A stretch of 64,000 nt of DNA, from contig OY781089.1 of the NCBI GenBank assembly GCA_963676565.1, forward strand, positions 1,824,001-1,888,000. The letters are read 5' to 3'. The position numbers were made by a program, and so were the translations under genes. This stretch comes from Halarcobacter sp. (GTDB lineage Bacteria > Campylobacterota > Campylobacteria > Campylobacterales > Arcobacteraceae). This document shows positions 51,609 through 61,272 of the stretch, one piece after another; positions within the stretch are counted from its first letter, which is position 1; every line of letters begins with the position of its first letter. The notes beneath the pieces were generated by a model. That model made no database searches, was not told where the DNA came from, and saw only the letters and a program-made list of their open reading frames with translations.

Positions 51609-52457
51609 ATGAAAAAAGTTTTATTAGCAGGATCAACGGGTTACTTAGGAAGTTACATAGCAAAGGAACTTCAAAATAGAGCTTATTTTTTTAGAACAAT
51701 TGCTAGAAGCCCAGAAAAACTTCAAGAAAATGGAATTAAAGCAAATGAAGTATTAAAAGCAGAACTTACAGACCCTAAGTCTATTAAAGATTGTTGTAAA
51801 GATATTGATATTGTTATCTCAACTGTTGGTATCACAAAACAAAAAGATGGTCTTACTTATCTTGATGTTGATTATCAAGCCAATATGAATTTGCTAAAAG
51901 AAGCTAAAAAACATGAAGTTAAGAAATTTATCTATGTGTCAGTTTTAAATGGTGAAAATCTGAGAAATCTAGAAATATGCAATGCAAAAGAGATGTTTGT
52001 TGAGCAGTTAAAACAATCAGGAATAGATTATTGCATTGTTCGTCCAAATGGATTTTTTTCAGATATGTCAGAGTTTTTTAATATGGCAAAAAAAGGGAGA
52101 ATGTATCTTTTTGGAGATGGAGAGTTAAGAGCGAATCCAATTCATGGCGAAGATTTAGCATTTGTTTGTGTGGATGCTATACAAGGAGATGAAAAAGAGA
52201 TAGAAGTTGGAGGTCCTGAAATCCTAAGCCAAAATGAAATTGCATCAATAGCTTTTGATGTTTTAGGTACTAAACCAAAAATAACCTATATCCCAGATTG
52301 GATAAGAGTTACAATTCTTAAAATTGTAAAATTATTCACTGGAAGTAAGTTTTATGGACCAATTGAATTTTTTATGACAGTTTTAGCAACTGATATGATT
52401 GCTCCTAAAAAAGGTAAACACACCTTAAAAGAATATTTTAAAAAATTAAACAGTTAA
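51609..52457 (+). CDS. Atypical SDR NAD(P)H-binding oxidoreductase
   Basis: AGSTGYLG, VDYQAN, NPIHGEDLA. Confidence 0.88.
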   Translation: MKKVLLAGSTGYLGSYIAKELQNRAYFFRTIARSPEKLQENGIKANEVLKAELTDPKSIKDCCKDIDIVISTVGITKQKDGLTYLDVDYQANMNLLKEAKKHEVKKFIYVSVLNGENLRNLEICNAKEMFVEQLKQSGIDYCIVRPNGFFSDMSEFFNMAKKGRMYLFGDGELRANPIHGEDLAFVCVDAIQGDEKEIEVGGPEILSQNEIASIAFDVLGTKPKITYIPDWIRVTILKIVKLFTGSKFYGPIEFFMTVLATDMIAPKKGKHTLKEYFKKLNS

Positions 52458-52458
52458 A

Positions 52459-52839
52459 TTAGACTTTTGTGCATGAAATTAAATCACTTAGTTCATAAAT
52501 TGATTTTTTCTCAAGCTCTTCAATCTTTTTGATTAACTCTTCTTGTGTTTGAAATTCACATTTTTTACAAATCTCTTCAATAAGTTTATATCTATTTTCT
52601 TTACTATCATCTAATATCGATTTTTCTTTTTGTTTAGCTATTTCATTTCTTTTAGTAATCACTTTTTTTAGATATAAATCAACAGCTTTTGAATCTATTT
52701 CACCATCAATCATAAACATCTCTATATCATCAAGAATTTTTTCAACCTTTTGTCTTAATGTATTGAAGTTATAAATTGTTTTATCGTTTATTAATTCTTC
52801 TATTTTTTTATCTATAATATTTAAATCATCAGTGTACAT
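52459..52839 (-). CDS. Hypothetical protein
   Basis: 126-aa ORF with AAGGA RBS. Confidence 0.65.
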   Translation of the reverse strand: MYTDDLNIIDKKIEELINDKTIYNFNTLRQKVEKILDDIEMFMIDGEIDSKAVDLYLKKVITKRNEIAKQKEKSILDDSKENRYKLIEEICKKCEFQTQEELIKKIEELEKKSIYELSDLISCTKV

Positions 52840-52992
52840 GTTTTTCCTTATTTGATGAAAGTATATAGTAATTTAATTTTATTTATAATTTTTATTTATA
52901 AATTAGTTCTAAAAATACATAAGTATAAAATAATTTTATTCATTGTTTATAAGTTACTTGATAAATTACTCTCAAAATTAACAGGAGAAATT

Positions 52993-53679
52993 ATGAAGAA
53001 AATAATCTTATCAGCAGTGATTGCTACTAGCTTCGTTTTTGCACACCAAATAACAGCAAAAGTAGATAAAAACGTTTACAGTGCCGAATTTTGGGCTCAT
53101 GGGAAATATAGTAGTTTTGATGTAAAACAGCTAAAAGGTGCAACGGCTTATGATGAAAATAATCAAGAGATAAAAACAGGAATTGATTATTCAAAGGGTT
53201 CAGAGTTATTAATGGCAAAAAAACCTTCTATGATAGCCTTATCATTTGATGCAGGATATTGGACTAAAACAGATGAAGGGTATAAAAATATTGAGCCAAG
53301 TAAATATAAGGGTATAGTTTTTAATACTTTAAAAAGTTTTAAATATGGAAAAAGATATTTCACTTGGAGTGATAAATTTATAAATCCAATAGGTTTAAGT
53401 ATGGAAGTTGTTCCTTTAATCAATCCATTAAAAATAAAAAAGGGTGAAAAGTTACCAGTATTAGTTTTAAAAGATGGGGAAGCCTTAGCAAATGCTGGTT
53501 TTGAAACATCTGATTATGAAGACTTAGATATAAAAACAAATAAATTTGGTATTGCATATATTCCAGTTAAATCAAGTGGATTACAAATAATAGCAGCAAA
53601 ATACTATACAAATGAAATAAATGATCCAAATGTTAATAATATCACTATTCAAAGTAGTATTTCTTTTGAGGTAAAATAG
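52993..53679 (+). CDS. DUF4198-like periplasmic protein (Ni/Co uptake-associated)
   Basis: Signal peptide ending FAH, FDAGYW, EVVPLINP, LVLKDGEAL; start MKKII after CAGGAG. Confidence 0.75.
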   Translation: MKKIILSAVIATSFVFAHQITAKVDKNVYSAEFWAHGKYSSFDVKQLKGATAYDENNQEIKTGIDYSKGSELLMAKKPSMIALSFDAGYWTKTDEGYKNIEPSKYKGIVFNTLKSFKYGKRYFTWSDKFINPIGLSMEVVPLINPLKIKKGEKLPVLVLKDGEALANAGFETSDYEDLDIKTNKFGIAYIPVKSSGLQIIAAKYYTNEINDPNVNNITIQSSISFEVK

Positions 53680-54113
53680 TGTTTAAGAAGTATTTTTTTG
53701 CATTTTTGATTTCAAGTATGTCACTATTTGCACATGGTATTTTTTATAATGTAGTAGAGGGGGCAATAAGTGTACATATCTCCTCTGCTAATAATATCAG
53801 TATAAGTGATGCAAAAGTAAAAGTTTTTGCCCCAGGTGGAAACTTACCATATGCAAAAGGTTATACTGATATAAATGGAAACTTCGCTTTTATGCCTGAT
53901 AGTGCAGGTATATGGCATGTAAAAGTCTCAATGTCAAGTGACCATGGAAATCATGATAAAGAGTTTAATATTGAATTATCAGATGATTACAAAGTAAAGA
54001 ATTTTGATAAACTTCCTATTGAAAGATATCTCGGTATCTTAAGTATTTTAGGGATAATCTTTGGTATTTTTGGTGCATTTAGTTTTTTTCAAAGAAAGAA
54101 AACTATTAAATAA
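53679..54113 (+). CDS. NikL/carboxypeptidase-regulatory-like protein with C-terminal TM
   Basis: FAHG, GYTDINGNFAFMPD..GIW, DHGNH, terminal TM. Confidence 0.65.
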   Translation: MFKKYFFAFLISSMSLFAHGIFYNVVEGAISVHISSANNISISDAKVKVFAPGGNLPYAKGYTDINGNFAFMPDSAGIWHVKVSMSSDHGNHDKEFNIELSDDYKVKNFDKLPIERYLGILSILGIIFGIFGAFSFFQRKKTIK

Positions 54114-54160
54114 AAATCTTAATCAAAATCTTAGTTTTTTAATACTATTCTTTTAAATGC

Positions 54161-54176
54161 TTGACTGATTGGTCAA
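54161..54176. promoter_or_regulatory. TetR-type operator palindrome
   Basis: TTGAC-TGATTG-GTCAA between -10-like TACTAT and the cupin RBS. Confidence 0.5.
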
Positions 54177-54197
54177 CTAAATTTAAAAGGATATGAT

Positions 54198-54650
54198 ATG
54201 AAAACTATTGAGAAGATAAAAGAAGATAAAAACTACACAGCAGTTGATTTAGGTAGTTTAGATGAGTTAATGGAATATTCACTTATTCATAAAGTTAATA
54301 AAAACAAAATAGAGGGTAAAGTTTTTTTAAAAGAGGCTACAAAATCAACTGGTACTGAAATATCTTTTAACTCTTTGGCTGCTAAAACTGAACAGCCTTA
54401 TTTTCATATACATTATAAAAATGAAGAATCATATATTATTTTAAAAGGTCACGGTTTTTTTCAAGTTGATGGGGAGTGTTTTGAGATAAAAGAAGGTTCT
54501 GTAATTCGTGTAGCTCCTAATGGCATTAGAGGGATTAGAAATGACTCTGATGAAACTATGATTTATATGGTAGTTCAATCAAAAGAAAACTCATTGGAAG
54601 AATATACAACAGATGATGGAGAAAGAGTAGCTTTTGAACCGAAATGGTAA
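54198..54650 (+). CDS. Cupin domain protein
   Basis: FHIHYKNEE, EGSVIRVAP. Confidence 0.85.
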   Translation: MKTIEKIKEDKNYTAVDLGSLDELMEYSLIHKVNKNKIEGKVFLKEATKSTGTEISFNSLAAKTEQPYFHIHYKNEESYIILKGHGFFQVDGECFEIKEGSVIRVAPNGIRGIRNDSDETMIYMVVQSKENSLEEYTTDDGERVAFEPKW

Positions 54651-54684
54651 GAACTGTTTAATAAGATAAGCTTAAAAGCTTATC

Positions 54685-55233
54685 TTATTTATATGGGATT
54701 GTAAATTCTATATCTACATCTGAAAATGATTTGTTTTCATGAAAAGTTGCACATTTTTTGGCAAAAGCCATAAATGAATTTTCCATATTGTAATCTAAAA
54801 TATCGATTGTCCCTTTTGCAATAATTTTATCACTTGTAATTTCATACATCATAGGAACTTGTTTTGTTACTTGATTCATTGTAATATCAAGTACCAATTT
54901 TTTTTCTTTTTCATCTACTTTTACTATTGAGCCTTCAATCATTTTTGAACTAGCTAATGAAAATAGTGTTGAAGTTATATTAAGGTTTCTTTCTTTGTTA
55001 TTAGACTCAAAAGAATTACTCTTTATTTCAACTTTTGAACTTTTTAAAAATTCAGATAAATTATCTGAAGATTCAATCTTTAATTTTATGTCATTAAATG
55101 AACCAGAAACTGGAACTTTTTTTACTGTCTTAAATCCTGTCCATTTTACTCCTAAATCACCATTTAATTCATAAGCATTTAAGCTTGAAAGTAAAGAAAA
55201 CGATAAAATTGAAGATATAAGTAAACTTTTCAT
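54685..55233 (-). CDS. YceI-family periplasmic protein
   Basis: Signal peptide, WTGFKT, VSGSF, RNLNI; start MKSLL at 55233. Confidence 0.78.
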   Translation of the reverse strand: MKSLLISSILSFSLLSSLNAYELNGDLGVKWTGFKTVKKVPVSGSFNDIKLKIESSDNLSEFLKSSKVEIKSNSFESNNKERNLNITSTLFSLASSKMIEGSIVKVDEKEKKLVLDITMNQVTKQVPMMYEITSDKIIAKGTIDILDYNMENSFMAFAKKCATFHENKSFSDVDIEFTIPYK

Positions 55234-55506
55234 AAAAACTCCTTTTAGTTTGTTTATCAATTTACAAAAAGAGTAATTAAGAAGAACTAATAATAAAAAT
55301 TTATATTATTTGTATCAGTTAAAATAGATAATTGTTTAATAATTAAAAAATAGATAAAAGATGATTCTACATAACTTGAACAAAACTCTAAATCTTAGCA
55401 TAAGCTTGTATTAATATTTAAATAACTATTATTTCAAAGTTTTAGAGTAGGGTATACTTAAATTCCCTTCATAATTATAATCTCACCAATAAATTAGGGC
55501 TATAAA

Positions 55507-55716
55507 ATGGCTAAAAGTCAAAATAACAACAGCGTAAAAAATTCTAAAGTTGATCTTATTAAATTAGGAAGTAACTCGACACCAAAAGTATTTAGTAAAG
55601 ATACAACGGTTAAAGATCAAGTTGTAAATGCAAGAAAAAGTGCAAGTATAAACAAAGAAAAAGCGAAGAAAAAAGCAAAAATGGCAAAAGCTTCAAGAAA
55701 GAAAAATAAAAGATAA
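55507..55716 (+). CDS. Small Lys-rich basic protein
   Basis: 69 aa, ends KKKAKMAKASRKKNKR. Confidence 0.6.
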   Translation: MAKSQNNNSVKNSKVDLIKLGSNSTPKVFSKDTTVKDQVVNARKSASINKEKAKKKAKMAKASRKKNKR

Positions 55717-55760
55717 AAGATTTAAATGTAAATTCTTCTTTGAAGAAGCTGACCAATACT

Positions 55761-56051
55761 TTAGTCAATTTGATTTTGTGTAAAATCATATGTGACAGCG
55801 TGATTATTAAGATGCTCTTCTAAAGCTAATTTATACTCTTTCATAAAGTAGTCTATGATTTCATCTTTTGCTGTAAGCATATCTTCAGCACTTTTAAAAG
55901 ATGTAGCTGCCATATATGTCGTAAATCTTGCAGAACCATACATAAATGAAGCACTAACTTCACCTATCGTAAGCCCTTGTTCTAATTGTTGATTTGCAAG
56001 CATTATTTGAGCATCTGCTCTTTCTAAAAATTCTTTTGTTTTATTACTCAT
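55761..56051 (-). CDS. DUF3144-like protein
   Basis: FLERADAQIMLANQQ, VSASFMYGSARF. Confidence 0.8.
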   Translation of the reverse strand: MSNKTKEFLERADAQIMLANQQLEQGLTIGEVSASFMYGSARFTTYMAATSFKSAEDMLTAKDEIIDYFMKEYKLALEEHLNNHAVTYDFTQNQID

Positions 56052-56102
56052 TAGTTTTCCTGTTTATTCTTATCCTCCAAGATTTTTCTTGAAGGTTAAA
56101 AT

Positions 56103-56522
56103 CTATTTAATAGTTTGAACTGTGATTGAAAAGTCTAAGTCTTTTCCCGCTAGAGGGTGGTTAAAATCAACTTGAACTTCATTATCATTAATAGCAGCAA
56201 CTGTAACTTGAATAGGATTACCATCTTGACCTTGCGCTTGTAAAGGCATTCCCACTTGTAGTTCTAAGTCTCCAAATTGTTCTTTTGGTACCATTTGTTT
56301 TGCTTCTTCGTTATACTCTCCATATGCTTCTTGACAAGGTACAGAGATCTCTCTTGAATCTCCCTCATTCATATCTTGCATTCTAGATTCTAATCCAGGA
56401 ATTAATTGTCCAGCACCAAAAGCAAATTCTAAAGCATCTTTATCTATATTACTATCAATAACTTCTCCACCAATTTTTAATTCATAATTTATTGCAACCA
56501 TTTGATTATTTTCTATTGCCAC
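56103..56522 (-). CDS. slyD: SlyD-like FKBP peptidyl-prolyl isomerase without His-rich tail
   Basis: GQLIPGLE, EAYG, VDFNHPLAGKDLDF; GTG start 56522 after AAGGAG. Confidence 0.88.
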   Translation of the reverse strand: MAIENNQMVAINYELKIGGEVIDSNIDKDALEFAFGAGQLIPGLESRMQDMNEGDSREISVPCQEAYGEYNEEAKQMVPKEQFGDLELQVGMPLQAQGQDGNPIQVTVAAINDNEVQVDFNHPLAGKDLDFSITVQTIK

Positions 56523-56705
56523 TATATCTCCTTTTTTTTCATAGTGATTACACTCTAACAAAAAAAATCTTTTTTTAGCTAAATAGTATCTGATATTTAT
56601 TAGAAATATTAAAAAAGAAAGACCTAATATTTTAAATAAAAATATTAAGAATTGTAAGAAAAAATTGTATTATAATTAACTATATTATTAGTATAGGAGT
56701 TAATC

Positions 56706-57470
56706 ATGGCTATTCATAAAAAAGAAGTTGAATTAATTCAATCAAATCTTCACTGTTTATGTTATTCTCCTGGCCCAATAGATGGTCTTTTAGGAAGAAG
56801 AACAGAAGGCGCATTCTCTTTATGGCAAGTAGATTCAGGTTTTGAAGATATCATTACTTTAAAAGATGAACTTGAAAAAGCTGAATTTAAATCATCAAGA
56901 ATAGAAAATCTAAACTTTATTGCAAAAGAAAACAAAGATATTATAAATATGTCATTTCCTAATAAAGAAGCATTAATCGAAGCTGTTTGTACTTACGGCC
57001 CAAGGTTTTCTTTAGACTTAAAGGCACATTGGGCATATGTACTAGCTACAATTGAATGGGAAACAAATAGATCTTTTCTTCCCATAGAAGAAGCTTATTA
57101 TATATATGGTGGAACACCTTCACAAGATGATGATAAATGGCAAGAACGTGAAAATTGGAGAAAAAGGAATTTTCATTATTATCCATATTATGGAAGGGGA
57201 TATGTTCAATTGACATGGGAAAGAAACTATAGGTTTTATGCTAATCTTTTTGGAATATCTTTAGAACAAATGGTAGGTAAAGCTTTGGAATCAGGAGCTT
57301 CACTTTTTGTGATATTACATGGTATGAGCGTAGGATATTTTGGTCAATCTATCCATCAACATATTACTAAGTATAGATATGATTTTGAAAATGCACGTAG
57401 GTGTGTAAATGGTTTAGATCATGCAAAGGATATAGCAAAATTAGCTAAATCATGGATGAAAAAAATCTAA
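56706..57470 (+). CDS. GH19/lysozyme-like hydrolase with N-terminal PG-binding-like motif
   Basis: PGPIDGLLGRRT, AYVLATIEWET, YYGRGYVQLTW..NY, ARRCVNG. Confidence 0.75.
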   Translation: MAIHKKEVELIQSNLHCLCYSPGPIDGLLGRRTEGAFSLWQVDSGFEDIITLKDELEKAEFKSSRIENLNFIAKENKDIINMSFPNKEALIEAVCTYGPRFSLDLKAHWAYVLATIEWETNRSFLPIEEAYYIYGGTPSQDDDKWQERENWRKRNFHYYPYYGRGYVQLTWERNYRFYANLFGISLEQMVGKALESGASLFVILHGMSVGYFGQSIHQHITKYRYDFENARRCVNGLDHAKDIAKLAKSWMKKI

Positions 57471-57523
57471 TTAAATATTAAAAAAAATACAGTATCATAT
57501 TAAATCTTTTACAAAGGGGTTTT

Positions 57524-57640
57524 ATGAAAAACTATTTAATAGTAGCTATGATTATTGTTGCCATTGGATATATGTTTGTTATTATGAAAGACAAGTATGA
57601 CAATATGAAAGAAACAAATCAAAAAATATCTCAACAATAA
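57524..57640 (+). CDS. Small single-TM protein, 38 aa (absent from ORF track)
   Basis: AAGGGG RBS; MKNYLIVAMIIVAIGYMFVIMKDKYDNMKETNQKISQQ*. Confidence 0.6.
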   Translation: MKNYLIVAMIIVAIGYMFVIMKDKYDNMKETNQKISQQ

Positions 57641-57659
57641 TAGATAAATTAGGAACTTT

Positions 57660-58604
57660 ATGAAAATTGCAATTTTAGATGATTACCAAGATGTTGTTAA
57701 AGATTTAGAGGCTTTTTCTCTCTTACGTGATTTTGATGTGAGAGTATTAAATGAAACTATAAAAGATGAAAATCAATTAGCTGTTAAGTTGATTGATATT
57801 GATATCTTAGTTCTTATTAGAGAAAGAACATTGATAACAAAAACACTTTTGGAAAAACTTCCAAATTTAAAACTCATATCTCAAACTGGAAGATTAAGTT
57901 CTAATATTGATTTAGAAGCTTGTGATAATCTTGGTATAAAAGTTGTAGATGGTATTGGTTCACCTATTGCTCCTGCTGAACTTTGTTGGTCTTTAATTAT
58001 GATGGCATCAAGACATTTATATGATTATATTTCAAATTTTCAAAACAATAGTTGGCAGTATAGTTCTTATAAAGGTTTAGGAAAATCATTACATGGACAA
58101 ACTTTAGGAATTTGGGGATATGGCAAAATAGGGCAAAGAATAGCTTCCTATGCAAATGTATTTGGAATGAAAATAAAAGTTTGGGGAAGTGAAGAGTCTA
58201 GAAATAAAGCTGTAGAAGATGGTTTTGAAGCAAGTTCATCAAAAGAGGAGTTCTTTTCAAGTTGTGATATTGTTTCTATAAATTTAAAACTTAGTGAAAA
58301 ATCTAAATATTGTGTTAAACAAGATGATTTAGAACTTTTAAAAGATGGTTCTATTTTTGTAAATATCAGTAGGGAACAATTAGTTGAAAAAAATGCCTTA
58401 TATGAAGTTTATAGTAAAAATAAAAATAAGTTTTTAGCTATAGATGTTTTTGAGTTTGAACCTTGCTTGCCTAAAAATTTACCATTATTAGATTTACCAA
58501 ATGTATTAGCAACTCCACATTTAGGTTATGTAGAAAAGCAAAATTACGAGATATATTTTAAAGCAGCCTTTGAAAATGTAGTTGATTATATAAAGACTAT
58601 ATGA
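57660..58604 (+). CDS. D-2-hydroxyacid dehydrogenase family protein
   Basis: ILDDYQ, IRERT, GIWGYGKIG, ATPHLGYV. Confidence 0.9.
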   Translation: MKIAILDDYQDVVKDLEAFSLLRDFDVRVLNETIKDENQLAVKLIDIDILVLIRERTLITKTLLEKLPNLKLISQTGRLSSNIDLEACDNLGIKVVDGIGSPIAPAELCWSLIMMASRHLYDYISNFQNNSWQYSSYKGLGKSLHGQTLGIWGYGKIGQRIASYANVFGMKIKVWGSEESRNKAVEDGFEASSSKEEFFSSCDIVSINLKLSEKSKYCVKQDDLELLKDGSIFVNISREQLVEKNALYEVYSKNKNKFLAIDVFEFEPCLPKNLPLLDLPNVLATPHLGYVEKQNYEIYFKAAFENVVDYIKTI

Positions 58605-58786
58605 ATATAAAACTTTTTTATGACAAGGAATGCCCTTTTTGTAACTCCTATGCAAACTATGTAGAACTAAAAGAAAACCATGATTTAGAGATTTTGAATG
58701 CAAGAACTGAATTAAAATCAATAGATGAATTAAAATTTATTAGAAAACTTACTTTAAAGTTATTAAATAAAAAACAACAAATTTAA
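58601..58786 (+). pseudogene. DCC1/DUF393-like thiol-disulfide protein, apparently internally deleted
   Basis: YDKECPFC N-terminus but only 61 aa. Confidence 0.55.
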
Positions 58787-58929
58787 CTTCTTACTTTAAA
58801 TAAACTCGTTATTTTTGATTATTTATAGCAAAAAATAATGAATTAAAAAATACTTTATATTATTTAAAAATCATATAGAGCCTAGAAAATGGTAAAAACA
58901 TAAGATAAAAATCATTTAAATAATTATGC

Positions 58930-58967
58930 AAAATCATTATTTTAAGGCTATATATCTTTGATATAAT
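58930..58967 (+). promoter_or_regulatory. Promoter copy 1 of a duplicated element
   Basis: AAAATCATTATTTTAAGGCTATATATCTTTG then ATATAAT (extended -10). Confidence 0.6.
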
Positions 58968-58991
58968 ATTATTATAAACAAAGGAGAAGGA

Positions 58992-59120
58992 ATGAATAAA
59001 GAAGGATTAAAGTTATTACAGAATAATACTTTTAAAGTACTATCTCTTGATATACTTTTATTAGTGAGTGAAAGTTCATTAATATACAAGAGATTAATGC
59101 TTAAGGAAACATCATGTTAA
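58992..59120 (+). CDS. 42-aa upstream ORF overlapping MCP start
   Basis: Strong [56 protein letters not shown]. Confidence 0.4.
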   Translation: MNKEGLKLLQNNTFKVLSLDILLLVSESSLIYKRLMLKETSC

Positions 59121-61042
59121 GTCGAATAACTATACAACTAAAAATTTTACTTTTAGGGGGGATATCATTACTATTTTTAGTAATCCTATCAATAAGTTCA
59201 TATGTGGGGATAAATTCAATTGGAAGTGAAATAGAAGAATTAGCTGAATATCAAATAAAGTTAAATTCAAATATATCAAAAATTGAAGCTGAACTTTTAA
59301 AAGAAGAGAGTCTTACTTATAAATTGATGTTAGAAAGCTCTGATACAAACAGTAAAGAGTTTAAGGTTTTAAAAAACGAGCTAAATGAGATATATGAAAA
59401 CATTGTCAAAAATGTTAAAGATTGTGAAGATATCTCAGTTAAGGCTATAAACCATAATAGTGATGTAAAAGTAAAGTCTACATATGAAAATTTTTTAAAT
59501 GGCTGTAAAAATTTAGAAGAGGAACAAATTACATTTCACAAAAAACTTTTAAGATTTGAACACGATTTAACAAGTGGTATAGATACAAATTTAAAAGAAG
59601 AGAAAACAAAGTTAATTTCAGAATTAAAAGAGATGGATATTTTTATAGTTTCTTTAACAGATTTTATTCATAAACTTGTAGAAAATTCATCAATAAAGGC
59701 TGAAAATGATGAACATACAATATTAAATATCATAATTATTCTTTCAATAATCTCTATAATATTTTCAAGTCTATTTGCATTTTTTGTGATTAAAAATATT
59801 AGGGGTTCATTAAGATTATTTCAAGATGGTTTATTAAACTTTTTTGCTTATATAAATAGAGAAAAAGATGATATAGAAAAAATAAATCTAGACTCTAAAG
59901 ATGAAATTGGAATTATGACAAATGTTGTAAATAAGAATATTGTTAAATCAAAAAAAATGATTGAGGATGACAGAGATTTAATAAATGATGTTAAAAGAGT
60001 TGTAAATGAAGTAAATAAAGGTTTTCTAGATCAAAAAGTTAATAAAACAACTCAAAATGAAGGTTTAGAAGAGTTAAAAACCGAGTTTAATAAAATGCTT
60101 GAGAATACAAGAAACAATGTATGTAGTGATGTAAATAAGATAAATGAAATTTTAGAGAAATTTTCAAGTTTAGACTTTACAAACAGAGTTGAAAATGATG
60201 AGGGTAATGTATCAAAAGGTTTAAATAATTTAGCAAATATTATAAACAATATGTTAGTTGAAAATAAATCAAATGGTTTAACACTGTCTTATAGTTCTTC
60301 TATATTACTTGAGAATGTTGATTTATTGAATAGAAACTCAACTGAATCTGCATCTTCTTTAGAAGAAACAGCAGCTGCATTAGAAGAGATAACAAGTACA
60401 ATAATTAACAATACTCAAAATATAGTTGAGATGTCTACAAATGCAAACAACTTAAAAAAATCTTCTTTAGAGGGTGAATCTTTAGCAAAAGAAACTAATT
60501 TATCTATGGATGAGATAAATGAACAAGTTAATTCAATAAATGAGGCAATTACAGTTATTGACCAAATTGCCTTCCAAACAAATATTCTTTCACTAAATGC
60601 AGCAGTTGAAGCAGCAACTGCTGGGGAAGCTGGAAAAGGATTTGCAGTTGTTGCACAAGAGGTTAGAAACCTAGCAACAAGGAGTGCAGAAGCAGCAAAA
60701 GAGATTAAAGAGCTAGTTGAAAATGCAACTCAAAAAGCAGATAATGGAAAATCAATAGCTAATAAAATGATTGAAGGTTATACAACTTTAAACACTAGTA
60801 TTCTAAACACTATAGAATTAATTTCAGATATTGAAGCTGCTAGTAAAGAGCAACAATATGGAATAGAGCAAATAAACGATGCAGTTTCACAATTAGACCA
60901 ACAAACTCAAACTAATGCATCAATAGCTAGTAAAACTCAAGAAGTTGCAAAACAAACAGACAAGATTGCAAAACTTATAGTAAGTAATGCAGATGAAAAA
61001 GAATTTATTGGAAAAGATACAGTTCAAAGGAAAGAGTTTTAA
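59114..61042 (+). CDS. Methyl-accepting chemotaxis protein
   Basis: Two [39 protein letters not shown]. Confidence 0.95.
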   Translation: MLSRITIQLKILLLGGISLLFLVILSISSYVGINSIGSEIEELAEYQIKLNSNISKIEAELLKEESLTYKLMLESSDTNSKEFKVLKNELNEIYENIVKNVKDCEDISVKAINHNSDVKVKSTYENFLNGCKNLEEEQITFHKKLLRFEHDLTSGIDTNLKEEKTKLISELKEMDIFIVSLTDFIHKLVENSSIKAENDEHTILNIIIILSIISIIFSSLFAFFVIKNIRGSLRLFQDGLLNFFAYINREKDDIEKINLDSKDEIGIMTNVVNKNIVKSKKMIEDDRDLINDVKRVVNEVNKGFLDQKVNKTTQNEGLEELKTEFNKMLENTRNNVCSDVNKINEILEKFSSLDFTNRVENDEGNVSKGLNNLANIINNMLVENKSNGLTLSYSSSILLENVDLLNRNSTESASSLEETAAALEEITSTIINNTQNIVEMSTNANNLKKSSLEGESLAKETNLSMDEINEQVNSINEAITVIDQIAFQTNILSLNAAVEAATAGEAGKGFAVVAQEVRNLATRSAEAAKEIKELVENATQKADNGKSIANKMIEGYTTLNTSILNTIELISDIEAASKEQQYGIEQINDAVSQLDQQTQTNASIASKTQEVAKQTDKIAKLIVSNADEKEFIGKDTVQRKEF

Positions 61043-61210
61043 CTCTTCCTTTGAGTTATAAATTTCTTATTCTTCTTTAAAAAAATCTAAGTTTATAGCC
61101 AATTATAGCGAAAATATAATAAACCAAAAAGAATAACTAATATTATTTATCTCTCAAACACCCCATTATATGGGAAATTATTAAAATAAAAATTCTTTAA
61201 AAAATTCTTT

Positions 61211-61248
61211 AAAATCATTATATTCAGGCTATATACCTTTGCTAATAT
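61211..61248 (+). promoter_or_regulatory. Promoter copy 2 of a duplicated element
   Basis: 28/31 identical to 58930-58960, then CTAATAT. Confidence 0.6.
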
Positions 61249-61272
61249 TTTCTTATGATAAAAGGAGTAGCA

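Noticed and set aside
37788..52457. Intact integron or CRISPR array
   Set aside because: No intI or cas genes, no complete attC hairpins, no regularly spaced repeats; genes lie in both orientations
52852..52992. NikR/Fur box and the 47-codon N-terminal extension of the DUF4198 ORF
   Set aside because: Region is almost all A/T with no convincing dyad; the SD and signal peptide indicate start 52993
56706..57640. Prophage
   Set aside because: No integrase, structural, terminase or replication genes around the lysin-like gene
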